Assembly (NCBI RefSeq): GCF_011386835.1
Contig: NC_088792.1
Coordinates: forward strand, 287,556,001-287,620,000
Origin: Chrysemys picta bellii
Lineage: Eukaryota
Length of the DNA stretch: 64,000 nt
Reading direction: 5' to 3'
Position 1 is the stretch's first letter; each line of letters starts with the position of its first letter. The notes beneath the pieces were generated by a model. That model was given only the letters and a program-made list of their open reading frames with translations. It had not been told where the DNA came from and ran no database searches. Positions 12,104-24,808 of the stretch are shown here, piece by piece. The position numbers and the translations under genes were made by a program.

Positions 12104-12753
12104 TAGGGTTACCATACGTCCGGATTTTCCCAGACATGTCTGGCTTTTTGGTCCTCAAATCCCCGTCCGGGAGGAATTTCCCAAAAGCCGAACATGTCCG
12201 GGAAAATAGGAAGGCATAGTAAGGGGACCGCCTCCTCCCCGGGCTCCAACTTTCCCAGCTCCCGCTGCTCTCCACTGCGCGCCGGGGCCGAAGCAACTTC
12301 CCCAGCGCAGCAGCCGCTGGAGCCTGGGGAGGAGGCGGCTGCGCGCTCGGATGCTGCCCGCCGCCTCTGTGCCCCCGCAGATCGGGGGAGTTGTTAGTTT
12401 TGCTGCAGCCACTCGCACTCGGGCAAAAGATGCTTGGGGGACTGTGAGTGGAGTGGCTGCAGCAAAACTAACAACTCCCCCGATCTGCGGGGGCACAGAG
12501 GCGGTGGGCGGCATCCGAGCGCGCAGTGGCCTCCTCCTCGGGCTCCAACTTTCCTGGCTCCCGCCGCTCTCCACCGCAGCGGGGGCCGAAGCAACTTCCC
12601 CGGCGCAGCAGCAGTCGGAGCCCAGGGGGCGGGAGGGAGGAGGGGGAATGCGGGGTGCTCAGGGGAGGGGGCGGGGAAGGGGCGGAGTTGGGGCGGGGCC
12701 GGAGCCCCGTGGAGTGTCCTCTTTTTTTTCAGTATTAAAATATGGTAATCCTA
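12104..12753. mobile_element. Non-autonomous hAT element of the same TIR family as 9294-10509, with an internal hairpin
   Basis: TIR tagggttaccat / atggtaatccta (11 of 12); near-TSD tatgata / catgata; 5' subterminal region resembles that of the 9294 element. Confidence 0.88.
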
Positions 12754-13229
12754 CATGATACCTGTGATTTGGAGCAGACTTGTAGTATAGTGGGTCCCAG
12801 TTCTGATGGCAACATTGTAGTTCAAAGGTCATGAAGCTTTCTGCACCAGAGTGTCTCCCCTCCCCTCGATAAATCTGCAGTTACAGCCCAGAGTTCCTCA
12901 CGTCCAATTACCAAGCCCTACAAACTAGTTGTATGACTGAACAGATGTGGGGTTTGGAAGATAGGAGCTGTAGGTGAAACCTGTTCGCTCCCTTTAATGC
13001 TTAAAGTTGAGGTTCTTTCCTTCCCAGGGAAGTTAGATGGTGGAATCTGCTTGTATATCAGTTTTCTGCTCTTAATTTCCATGCTGGCTGGCAGGGATTG
13101 AACCAGCCTTGCCAAATAGAAGGAGTGAATGATTTTGTTTAATTTCTGAAGAGTGTAGGTTGTGGTATGACTGTCTGAGAAGTTATTTAGACAGTTTTGT
13201 ACTGTGTCCGTATCTTACTGAATGTGCTT

Positions 13230-13263
13230 TCCTCCTCCTCCTCCTCCTCCTCCTCCTCCTCCT
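13230..13263. repeat. (TCC)n trinucleotide microsatellite
   Basis: About 11 tcc units. Confidence 0.95.
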
Positions 13264-14398
13264 TGTCCTCGTCCTTCCTGCTTATGGGTGAGGAAGTGTG
13301 GGTTACATTTGTTCTTGGAAACATTTCAGTTGCCATTTCTTAATGGAAATTCAACTACCCGGGACCAGGTTTGGCTTGCAAAGCAAGCTTATAGGCAAAT
13401 CTTGCATTTGATCTTTCAATATTTCTAAGGAGTCCATCAGTTTGTATCTTTAAGACACTGAAGGACAAAACATCCTCTAGGATCTGCCTGGCAGAGCTCT
13501 GCTATGGTGTTCTCTCTTTTCATGAGGTTTTTTTTGACTCCCAAGCTTCTGCCCATAGACTGCAGAATAAAGTTCAGATCTGCTGTACAAATGAGTCACA
13601 TGTATGATTCAAATTTACTAGTGGGGAAACTTAGATGCTCTGGACAGCATGATTCCACCCTTAAATGAGCGGAGTACGGAGGTTAATAAACTTAATGGCT
13701 ACAAAGCCTTAGTGGGATAAAGAATAAGAATGGGGCTGAGCCGCAAAATTCAGAAGAGGTGCTGAGCAAAGTTCAGGGCGCTTCAGATCTGGGGTTTCAA
13801 TTTAGGGCCACCCAGAAGAGGCTAAACACTTTCAAGAGGAGAGCATCATGTCCTTGAATCTGAAAACATTTCTATTTCTTTTGCCAATGAATCTCATGAA
13901 TTCCATGTGTAAGAGTGGTGCTTTCAGGAACATAAATATGGAGCCAAACTTGTCAGAAGGCTTAATTTTTCATATTATTGCTGAATTATATAGTACCCTG
14001 AAGGACTGTAACAGGGTGGTCTGTCACTTTAAGGGTCAGGGGGCTTTTGGGCCAGCCAGCCCTGTTCTGAGGCAGAGCTGATTTAGAAATGTGTGTGGGC
14101 CTAATAGAGGGGATTATCGTCCCCAGCTGGGAAAGGATTGGCTGATTGTCTGGTGAGCACCTGATTCCTATAAAGGCTGAAAGAGCTCAGTTAAGGTGGA
14201 GAGCTATTGGAAGCAGGTTTATTCTGTAGTGGGGGGCATTCAGGTAAAGGGCCTTTTGGACTGGAGAAGATCTGCCAAGACACTGGAATGAAGCCCTTCA
14301 GGAGCTAAGAACCATCACAAACCTCATCGTCTCCTGCTCCAAGTGCAAGGCCCATTTCTTTGACCATGTCTTCTCTAAGAAATGCATAGCAACATGTA

Positions 14399-14906
14399 CT
14401 GTAACTCCTCGCTTAATGTTGTAGTTATGGTCCTGAAAAATGCTACTTCAAGCTAAACGATGTTAAGTGAATCCAATTTCCCCATAAGAATTAATGTAAA
14501 TAGAGGGGGTTAGGTTCCAGGGAAATTTTTTTCGCCTGACAAAATACTAATACTAAACACACACACACTCTTATATACAGTATAAGTTTTAAACAAACAC
14601 TTTAATACCGTACACAGCAATGATGATTGTGAAGCTTGGTTGAGGTGGTGAAGTCAGAGGGTGGGATATTTCCAGGGAATGCCTTACTGCTAAACGATGA
14701 GCTAGCACTCGGCTGAGCCCCCAAGGGTTAACACGTTGTTAATGTAGCCTCACACTCTACAAGGCAGCCCGCATGGAGGGAGGGGAGACAGCATGGCAGA
14801 GAGAGACGGAGACACACAGCGTGAAAGACACGCATTGCCCCCTTAAGTACGCAGACCCCACTCTAAGTACATTGCCTTTTTAAATAGATCAACAAGTTGA
14901 GACCGC
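14399..14906. mobile_element. Truncated Tigger/pogo-like non-autonomous element; opposite-orientation relative of 24277-25510
   Basis: Starts ta|ctgtaactcctcgcttaa (TIR-like). Its reverse complement aligns by eye with 24740-25130 and 25370-25510 (for example ttcacaatcatcat, ggaaatatcccaccctctgact). Confidence 0.8.
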
Positions 14907-15376
14907 AAACTGATTTATAGCAGAGTGAGATCAGCAGTAAATGAATCACGGCGCGTGAGACAGGCTGGCATCCATTGCATAGGAGCTAAAGGGGCAAATT
15001 GCTCTTTTTTGGGAAGTAGCTAAAGCCCAAAAGGGGATTTTCATGTCTAGATCATAATTCCTTTGTGGGGATATACAGACTTAATCAGACAAGTATAATG
15101 AGGCTGTGGAGTAAGCTCCTCTAAATAAGAACCTAATAGTTTAACTTTTAGGACTAGCTAGTAGCACAACTCTGAATAACTGTGGAAGAATCACACTACA
15201 AGGAGTGGAGAAGGTTGAACATGCCGCTGTTTAAATTGATTGCAATCAAGTTAAGGAAAGGGGCAGGAATAAGCTAAAATAATACCGCAGAAGAAAATAA
15301 AAAGAAACTCTGCAGTGGTGTCACTATACCGGGAGACTACATCAGTGCAAGTCTAGGGAGATACCCAATGGTAGTG

Positions 15377-15500
15377 AAGTATCAGGGGGGTAGCTGTGTT
15401 AGTCTGTGTCCACAAAAACAACAAGGAGTCTGGTGGCACCTTAAAGACTAACAGATTTACTTGGGTATAAGCTTTTGTGGGTAAAAAACCCTCACTTCTT
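15377..15500. mobile_element. Penelope-like terminal fragment
   Basis: tagctgtgttagtctg...gtggcaccttaaagactaacag...taagcttttgtgggtaaaaaaccctcacttctt; 7-bp direct repeat ggtagtg at 15370-15376 and 15501-15507. Confidence 0.85.
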
Positions 15501-16689
15501 GGTAGTGCTAATCCTTGTAATGCAAAAGGATTTTAATGGAAATGTACCAGGATACTGCTATGATGGGGATTGTCATGGCAGTACAACTTCAGTGCTGGAT
15601 CACTACTACAGTGCTGCACTTAGAATGTGAGATTACATGTGGATAATTCTTGGGAGCTGTTGGACACTCCATAATGTCCTTGTGACAGATTTCATTTAGG
15701 ACTGACCCATTCGCCCCTCTGTGTCCAACACTTGTTCATTCCCTTTGCCTCGGCTTTTGTTTACCTTCAAAGCTTTGCAAAACATTTGGAATTTTCAGTG
15801 TCTTGTGTCAATTTTCAAACGTGTTTCAGTGTTCCTTTGCACCCAACCTGTTCAGATTAATTTTCACATAAAGGAATATGGTCTTAATCCGGTAAAGATA
15901 AGAGAAATAATTACACAAATAAGGAGTTCACTGCATAGAAAAAAGTGAAAGCAATATGAAAATTATCACTGTCCATGCAGTTGCCAACATCATTCTCCAG
16001 GTCAGTCCATTTTCTTTTAAAAGTGGTATCCAAGGTGCCAAGGTCACAAGTTTATGTAAAAAACACCTGTATAACTTCATGAAAATAAACCATTATTTTG
16101 TAACAAATCTTAGGCTGCTTTAGTTGTTACTGTTGCACATTTCTAATTTTGTAGCAGCAGTGGGATTAGAACTCAAATCCTCAGTCTTCAAAAGTACAGG
16201 TGCCTACCCCTTGAGCTGAAGAGGAATCTATATTAACATATGGCATGTGACACACTGATGATCCGTTACAGCTCCATCCAGGAGCAATGGCGTGGGCGTG
16301 CTAGTTCACTTGCAGTATGTTACAGCTTGGGTTTCCTAACAGATTGCATAACAGGGTTAACTACACAACTTCTGTACTTTGTAAAGTAAACCGTTGCATC
16401 TATGCTGACAAGCACGCTGAAAATGTCAAGTTTCAGTCTGTGCTTTGACATTAAGATCTCCTTTTTCAGCAGTTAGCGATGGAGGGGTCCCCAACCAGAA
16501 CCTCAGATCTCCTCTTCCCTCAGGAAGGAAGACGTAAGAGCTGGATACAAACTCAGTGGCTCAGGCTCTTTTAGTTTTAATACAAAACCTGAGGATCTGC
16601 ATTACCTAACACCCATGCTCATACATCATCTGCCCTTGATTTGATCATAGCAGATACTGTATAACAAGAATACCTGCTGTGTTGAACTA

Positions 16690-16810
16690 AGTATTACACC
16701 CATTTTACAGACGATGGTCTAAATCTGAAGTAGAGTTTGTGACTTCCCCAAGGCCGCTGAAGGAGACGTGTCAGAGCTGAGATTAGAACTCAGAGCCTCC
16801 TGACTCCCAA
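16690..16810 (-). mobile_element. Old MIR/CORE-like SINE fragment
   Basis: cccattttacaga...gtgacttcccaagg...attagaactcag: reverse-orientation CORE motifs. Confidence 0.5.
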
Positions 16811-17922
16811 AATCTCAAGAATGAGGCCTAGATCTATAACTAACATCTTGGGACCCATATCAGGATAAAATCCAGCATGCGACTGCCAGCCATCCCCAAA
16901 TAATTACTGCCTAGCAGAGGGAGTAAAAAAAACTCAACCCCTTCTGACATTGCTGGTATCTGCAGTAATTTCAGCAAGGGAAAAGCTGCAGTGAAAGTGC
17001 TGACAAAGCAAGAGATGGACTTTTTTAAACCCATCATAGGAAACAAATTGTGTATCAAAGTGAATCTCAGCTGTACATTGGTCTTGCTGAGTCTTTGCTT
17101 ATTCCTGTCAAATTAAAAGCAACAAGCAGAAGGCTTCCATTGTGGATGGCTCTTGCCTGCTATATGTATTAATGCCCTTCCCCTTTGAGGAGAAGGGGAT
17201 TTGAGTTTGTTTACAATGTCAAGGAGAAGGTTAGGGGGCTTATGCTGTTCTGTGAAGATTAGGCATTATGTAATGATCCCAGTCTGAATCAACGGGATTT
17301 GTGTTATCACATGAAGGGTATTATGAAGCTGTCAGTAGAAGTTAATAGATGTTGTTTTGCTTGGTTAAGGGTGGTCTGTTTATACTGCACTATCAATAGC
17401 AATGAAATGGACATCACGTTCCAATGGGAAGCCGCTTCTTAAATGTCACATTAGAAAACAGAGAAGCAAAACTTTTCTTTGTGGAGTGAATGAGTTGGCA
17501 GGCAGACACCCCGATGTCCGCGGTAAGATTCCTGCTGGCTTGTTTTTATAATCCTTGGGTTTGATAGAACTTTAGTTGAACTTTATATTAGCATGAAAAT
17601 ACAGCAAAACTCCAAAACACCGAGAGTTTCTATAGAGAGGTTGAGACCAGTTGGTGCTGCCATTCCAAAATCCCCTCCTGGCTACTCTTCAAGACTGCTG
17701 CTGATGCAAATGGCCTATTTATGAATAGACACTGCTCCCAAAGGAAGGCACGCAGCACTGTAGAAATATCTACTCTGTTGAGGTCAAATACTTTCAAACA
17801 TAGGAAGTGAGGCACTCTTAACTAGGTAAAAAGAGTTCAAATTTTAATTGAGTAGCCCAATAGTGCATGAAGTTCATTGTTAAAACAGAGACCAACGTTA
17901 AAAGAGGGAGTCTCAGAGAATT

Positions 17923-18471
17923 TTATTCGACATTGGTGAGGCCTCATCTGGAATACTGTGTCCAGTTTTGGGCCCCACACTACAAGAAGGATGTGGAAAA
18001 ATTGGAAAGAGTCCAGCGGAGGGCAACAAAAATGATTAGGGGTCTGGAGCACATGACTTATGAGGAGAGGCTGAGGGAACTGGGATTGTTTAGTCTCCAG
18101 AAGAGAAGAATGAGGGGGGATTTGATAGCAGCCTTCAACTACCTGAAGGGGGGTTCCAAAGAGGATGGAGCTCGGCTGTTCTCAGTGGTGGCAGATGACA
18201 GAACAAGGAGCAATGGTCTCAAGTTGCAGTGGGGGAGGTCCAGGTTGGATATCAGGAAAAACTATTTCACTAGGAGGGTGGTGAAACACTGGAATGGGTT
18301 ACCTAGGGAGGTGGTGGAGTCTCCTTCCTTGGAGATTTTTAAGGCCCGGCTTGACAAAGCCCTGGCTGGGATGATTTAGTTGGGGATTGGTCCTGCTTTG
18401 AGCAGGGGGTTGGACTAGATGACCTCCTGAGGTCCCTTCCAACCCTGATATTCTATGATTCTATGATTCTA
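17923..18471 (+). mobile_element. CR1 LINE, 5'-truncated, relatively young
   Basis: Uninterrupted frame [24 protein letters not shown]...LDKALAGMI* with stop at 18379; 3' tail of (attctatg) repeats. Confidence 0.95.
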
Positions 18472-21117
18472 ATGGTTAGCATCCCTTAGTAAATGCAGAT
18501 TGAAAGAGTGAGTGCCTGGATTTTACAGTGAAAGATACTGAAGGGTGTATATACTGCGACGTAAGTTAGGAAATTCCTGTTCAAGGCCAACTTTCACTGA
18601 AAAATGGTGAAATCACCTCCAAAAAATAAGACCCTTCATAGTTTAAGGTTAACTCAGAAAATAAACTACGTTCAGCTGGGTATAGATAAGACCACAGTCC
18701 ACTCTGTTCTGCATGCAGATTAGTCATGAAGGTCTGGACCTTCCATACCGCTGTCCATTCTGAGGTCTGTACTTCGATGGTTCTATGAGGATTTCGAAGT
18801 TCCCCCTGCTAATAGCTCATTGGGTTAATGTGGTGAAGGCATGTCAGTTTCATAGGCCAGGGTACACAAGAAAATGATGTGGCCGGCATCCTTGCCACCC
18901 ACCCACTTGGATCAGGTGTCCGTTTGGCAGCTGGGTGAACTAGAGGTGGCCTTTCAGTGAGATTGACTGAGACTCAAAGCAACAACCATCAGGATTGAAG
19001 TAGAGTTCCTAAACTCTTCAGCCACTGCACCTCTGTGGTGAGTTGCATGCTGGGTAATCCAATGCGAGTCTAAGGAATCCTTGGTCATTACAGATAAGCC
19101 TGAGGAAGACCTGAATTTTCTTAGAGTAGGGGATGATAGGAGTCAGGGTCTTGTTTTCTAAACCCCTTTCTAGGCCTTAGTGTGAGGTGCACTGTGCTGC
19201 ACATATAAAAAAGAATCCCTTTAGTGTGTGTTAACCAGTGCAATCATTTCTTTAATCCAAGGTGACCGTGCAGAGCATTTCTCGTCCGCTAATGAGCACC
19301 TGGAGTAGCTGATACTGAGGTGAAGCGCTGAGTTTCCCTTAACCCAGCCAGTCATTAACTGCTGGGAAATGGCTTTTCCGTTGTGTTTGTTTTCTGTGCA
19401 AGACTGGTCCAGAGGAGCTTTGCCTCCAGCGGGCCACAATGTATTGAGAGCTACAGTGCTCTTGGGGCAGTAGTTGGTTGAGCTACTCCTGGTGATGGAT
19501 AAAGAACAGGTGTCCGTGCTGAGAGTTATCCGCTGCCTTCTGTACGGTGCATGCCTGCAGAAGTGGATGAGAGCCTCCAGAGAAGAGATCCCAAAGTGTG
19601 CAGGGTTGGGTAATTGCTCTCCTGCCCCAAGGACTTTCATGTGGGGGGTATATTGGGATTCTCTTCTGTCACCACTCCTGTTAAATATTAGTGAAGAGAT
19701 GGGTGAAAGTGCTTTCTGGATGGTGCTGATGCTCAGTTCTACATCTCTTGCTTTTATCCAGCATGGAGAATACTGTTGAATGTCTTTGAATGCCTAAAAC
19801 TGGGGGACCGATTTAAACAAGCTGACAGAGAATCAGTCTGAGCCTCAGGGGGTTGTGGGAGGTTGGGGGATAGCAACTGGAATATTTAGCTGCGTGATGG
19901 ACCTCTGAGCATGTTCTTCTGCTATTTGTTATCAATGTTCACAACTTGGGAGCCTGATTCGATCCCCATCTGCTCTGATCTAATCAGATATTGGGGATCT
20001 GGGCAGCTTTCTCCCATCTGCTTCTTGCTTGGAGATCACAAACTTTTATCGAGTGGATCTTGCTACTACAGTTGCCAACTTTCTAATTGCACAAAATCGA
20101 ACACCCTTGACCCACCCCTGCCCCGCCCCTTCTTGGAGGCCCCTCCCCCCGCTCACTCCACCCTCTCCCTCTGTTGCTCGCTCTCCTCTACCCATTCATT
20201 CAGATATTTCTTGGGGGAGGGATGGAGAGAAACTTCTGGTCCCAGCCTCCCCAGCAGGGACCTCATTCTGTTTCCTGCTAATCCTCCACTCCTCCTGCAG
20301 GGACTCTGGTCTCTCTTGGTTGGGCAGTCTCCCCTCTTTGTTATCCACACAACCTATGAGTGGGTGCTGCCAAGAGTCAGGTTGTGGGTGGAGCACACCA
20401 GATCACAACACCATTTGACACAGCCCATCACCCCTGTCTGTGCAGTGTGGGGTGGCCAGGGTGGATTTCAGTGACATTGTGACCATGCAGCCAGAGTGAC
20501 GCTCTGGGCCGCTCTGGCAGCAGCCATACTGATTAAAGCACCTAAGCATTCCCTCTTTAGAAGGGTATTAACTTGTGACGAGTGAACTGTTTTGTGTGCA
20601 GGCTAAAGTGTGTTCTGTAGCATACCACGCTGAGCAATCTGCTTGAGGACCAAGGAAAATTACACTTGTAAGCAGACCCTGTTAAAAGAACTCCATCTTC
20701 TATGTGCTTGTACTGTATACGTTACAGGCCTCTGCTGCGAAACACTTCGTTCTAAACAGAACTTTGAATCAATGACAACTTTTGACCCTGTTTTGCTTTG
20801 ATAGATGCCTACCTCACTATTTTCCCTTCTGACCCTTGTTTACCAATAAATCCCAAACCAATTCTCTGTAAAATACACTCGAGTACAAGCGCCTAGTGAT
20901 CGGAATTAGTGTATTTCATAATCACTGCAGTGTCACAAGGGATATCGAAAATTTCCCTAAACTTTAACTCTTGTACTTCACTGTAACAGGTATCTCTGGG
21001 TGGTAAAATTATCTGTCAAGGTAACTTTTCCAGACAATTACTGATATTACTGAAATTGTTAAAGGCTGTTTATCAGAAGATGTGCGAGGTTTGAATTATT
21101 GCTAGCCATCTGACTAG

Positions 21118-21322
21118 ATAAGAACAGCTATGCTGGTTCAGACCAAAGGTCCATCTAGTCCAGTAGCTGGTCTTCTGACAGCGGCCAATGCCAGGTACCC
21201 CAGAGAGAATGAACAGAACAGGTAATCATCAAGTGATCCAACCCCTGCTGCCCACTCCCCTAGCCTCTGGCAAACAGAGGCTAGGGACACCATCCCTGCC
21301 CATCCTGGCTAATAGCCATTGA
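21118..21322 (-). mobile_element. CR1 3' UTR fragment of the subfamily with the (ttatgttc) tail
   Basis: Reverse complement matches the 3' UTR of the CR1 at about 52600-52807 (ctctgtttgccagagg, tcacttgatgatt, cctgttctgttc). Confidence 0.8.
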
Positions 21323-21753
21323 ATAATGAGCTCGCTGTTGTAGCAGTAGTGTAGCAATGCTGACTTGCTAGGTCTCCTTGATGGATCTGTTCCGGTACCA
21401 GGCAATTGTGAATCCGCTGGAAGGCAGAGTTTGAGACTTACATTAGGCACAGAAACTAAAAGCTCAGAGCTACCTCCTCTCATCTCTTAAAGGAGTAGTG
21501 GTAGTTTTTCTGACCGTTAATGTTGATCCATCACAATTTTACCTGGATTTCACTAGCAATCTCAAACATTCACCTAATCCTTCATTATAGTTTAACAAAC
21601 CTGTATAGGTTCTCACACAGGTTCACAGTTGTCACTATGTTGCATGCCACAGCTACTTGGGACTTAACAGTAGCAGTGGAGACAAAACGGCTGCTCTGAA
21701 AGTGCTGGCCTCGGCCACAGGAGCTGAAAATCAGCTGTACGGGACCTATGAAA

Positions 21754-21829
21754 CATAGATTCATAGATTATAGGACTGGAAGGGACCTCGAGAGGTCATC
21801 GAGTCCAGTCCCCTGCCCGCATGGCAGGA
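21754..21829 (-). mobile_element. CR1 extreme 3' fragment
   Basis: Reverse complement of the tail at 720-793 (cctgccatgcgggcaggggactggac...gaggtcccttccagtcct...atctatg). Confidence 0.85.
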
Positions 21830-24140
21830 ACATAGCTGAGCAGTTCTGATTCCATCCAGTACAGAGCAGTGGTGTAGTTACAAGAGTGACTCTCTTTTAT
21901 AATTTTCTACAATCCTCCTCATGCACCCAAGTGTCGCGGGAAAATTGATCTCCAATTACTCTGTGTGTGGAATAAGGCTCCATTTATTGCCGTAGGTAAT
22001 CATGAGTGGTGATGTTTCCTGACTTTCTGTTATGGTCGTGTAACAAAATAATTTGTTTCCAGGGAGACATGTCACTGCATCTGCACTGAAAACACAGTAA
22101 CCAGTGCCAGGACAATTAAAACTGGCAGGATATTTGATTCAAATAACTTCAAAGGTGGAACTGAGGGCCTGAAAGGCAGGGTACCCTTTCAGATCTCTAA
22201 AGTACACCCACTGCAGAGTTTCTACAGCAACGGGGCATAGTGAGCTTTAGCATTCTTTCAGCCTCTTGTATTTTTAATCCTGTATTCTTTTTGGAGGGAG
22301 GTGAGAGAGGGTGTGCGCATTTCAAATGCCATCTGACTGAAGCTTGTTCCTTTGTCTATCTGTATAGCTTGGATACAGTCTTTCTGAAGAAAGTATTAAA
22401 TCCATTAAGAAGTCTTTACATTGAGTCTTGGAATAGAGTTGATTCTGATGCGTTTTCACCGAGTCTTGCGATTAGTCTAAATAAGCCATCGTTTTGAACA
22501 ATGAGTGTTCCCGTGGTTAATTACAATTTCCCGAGGGTCGTAATGGATCCTCGATCACTGACCATTTTTAAATGCAAGATTGGATATTTCGTCCTGTAGT
22601 TTGGTGAGGGGAGAGATCAAGGATATTGCCAGAGAAGAGGTGGAATTGGACATAGTTCTGCTGGCTTTTTAATTCGCTTGCTGAGAAATATGAAGTGTAT
22701 AGAGTGGATTGGACGCTAGGCCACTGATAACATCAAGAAATGGCTTAGCATTGGCTGGACTGTTGCATGCGTTATGCTGGGTGTTGAATTTCCCTCTGGA
22801 AAGGAGAAGTCGACTCCTGGGAGCGTTTGCAGATTCTCTTGACTTTCAATAGTCGCGAGGAGCGTGATCAGAGGCACAGGTGATGGTTGACGTTTTGTAA
22901 GATCTTCCAGGGCTTCTGTTGTCTGGCAGGGCCAAATTTCTGGAGGGAGCATGCTACATGGGCTGCAGGATTGATGTTTTTGCTGTTTCTCTTGGGTGGA
23001 GTAGAGCAGTTCCAGGTTGACAAGAGGACTTGCTGACTTCAGTGGTTCTATAGGGTGTGACTTTGCTCTTTGTCACCTCTCCAGACGGAAGCCTGAGAGG
23101 ATAGATGGGGCTTACACTGCTGTGCAGGCCAACAGAGCTATTTCCAGAGTCAGAGGCCTTCCCCTGTGAACATCCTGCCTCCCCAGTCCTTAGATAGTCC
23201 AGTGCAGGGACTGCTAACTCGGGCACCCTAGTTGAGGTATCTGTTGTGGCAGTAGATGGGGGAAAAGCTACCCTTTCAAGTAGCTAAGATCCAAAGTGTA
23301 TAGGGCCTCGTAGATCAGTGTCAACATCTTTACGCTGCACCTGGGAGCAGATGAGAGCTGGGATTTTCATGCTCCATTCATCTCATGCTCCCAAGCAAGT
23401 GGACAGCCACACTTTGCACCAGCTGTCGCTTGTGTGTGACCTTGAAAGGTAGCCCTGTGCAGAGTACATGGTAATGAGTTAATCTGGAGGTCATAACAGC
23501 TTAGGCAGCAGCAAGAAGATTCATGTCTCAGAAAAATTATCACAATTGCTGATGTACGTGTTGCGGGGGTGGGAGTTTGTAGAGGAGGAGGGAGGGATTT
23601 CTCCCTACCCCCACATAGGAACATATAGGTCTTTTATTCTCAGTATTAAAACTGTGAGCTTTGGAAAACACCACCTGTACTGCATGACCGTGCCGTCTGT
23701 CCAGAAAATGTGTAGCCCCAGCTCCTTCCGTCAACGGAAGCAGACAACAGGTGGTATCATTGGCATCCCTTCTCTCTGCCAGTGAAATGCACTTTGGTGT
23801 GCATTACCACACCTTCATTCTCATGTGGCACCTTGTAGAGCACCGGCAACATTTTGAAGTGCAACATAATACAGGGAGTCTGCTGTCTAATGATTATACT
23901 GTCTTTGCTGTTGTCTCATTGCACCCTGCAGCGATTACAAAGCTCTCTGCTTTTTTAATGTGTGAAGTAAGAACACAGTAGCCTAGCCTGTCTGACTTCA
24001 CCAGCAGTGTTCATTGCAAGCACTGTAAAATCAGCAACAGGGGCTGGAATGGGAGGAGACGGAGATTCCAGAATACTCTACAGCACCGAAGGTTCCAAGG
24101 TGATGGGCGCCATGACCGCTCCACCGGTGAAAGGATGATG

Positions 24141-24270
24141 TGTGGCTAAAGTGTAGGCCTGGGAGGTAGGGGCTTCTGCGTTCTCATCCCAGATCTGTCA
24201 CTGACTTGGTGTGACTGTGGGCAAGTCAAGTCATTTCGGCTGTCTGTGCCTCAGTTCCCCCTGTGAAATG
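24141..24270 (+). mobile_element. MIR/CORE-like SINE fragment, interrupted at its 3' end by the Tigger-like element
   Basis: gtgactgtgggcaagtca...ctgtgcctcagttcccc...tgtgaaatg CORE motifs. Confidence 0.55.
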
Positions 24271-24808
24271 CATACACAGTAACTCCTCACTTAAAGTCGT
24301 CCCGGTTAACGTAGTTTCGTTGTTACGTTGCTGATCAAGTAGGGAACATGCTCGTTTAAAGTTGTGCAATGCTCCCTTCTAACGTCATTTGGCAGCCGCC
24401 TGCTTTGTCCACTGCTTGCAGGAAGAGCAGCCCGGTGGAGCTAGCTGGTGGGTGGTTGGAACCAGGGTGGACCAACAGCCCCGCTATCAGCTCCTCGCTC
24501 CCCTAAGTTCCCTGTGCAGCAGCTGCCCAGCAGGCTAGCAATTGCAGCTGTCCCTCCCCCACTGCCATGTGCTGCTCCTGCCCTCTGCGTTGGAGCTGCT
24601 CCCAGAGACTCCTGCTTGCTGGGGGGGGGAGGGAGAGAGGGGCTAATGTCAGGCTGTCCCCTGCTCCTGCATCCCGCTTACCCCATCTTCCATAGAGCAG
24701 GAGGGACACACAACAGAGGGAGCTTCCAGGCAGCAGCAGCTGTGGTCTGGTCTCAGCTTGCTGATCTAATTAACAAGGCAGTGTACTTCTGACCCCACTC
24801 TTCATACT

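Noticed and set aside
14020-14300. LTR fragment with ctataaagg TATA-like motif
   Set aside because: The composition is suggestive, but I could not define termini or a TSD, so it is not listed as a feature.
17402-17528. Alternative first coding exon ending at CG|GTAAGA (17522)
   Set aside because: The available ATGs give phase 0 or phase 1, which is incompatible with the phase-2 WW exon; there is no other support.
17867-18379. 170-aa protein-coding gene
   Set aside because: It is the CR1 ORF2 C-terminus fused by chance to an upstream flanking ATG. The same applies to ORF 222-677.
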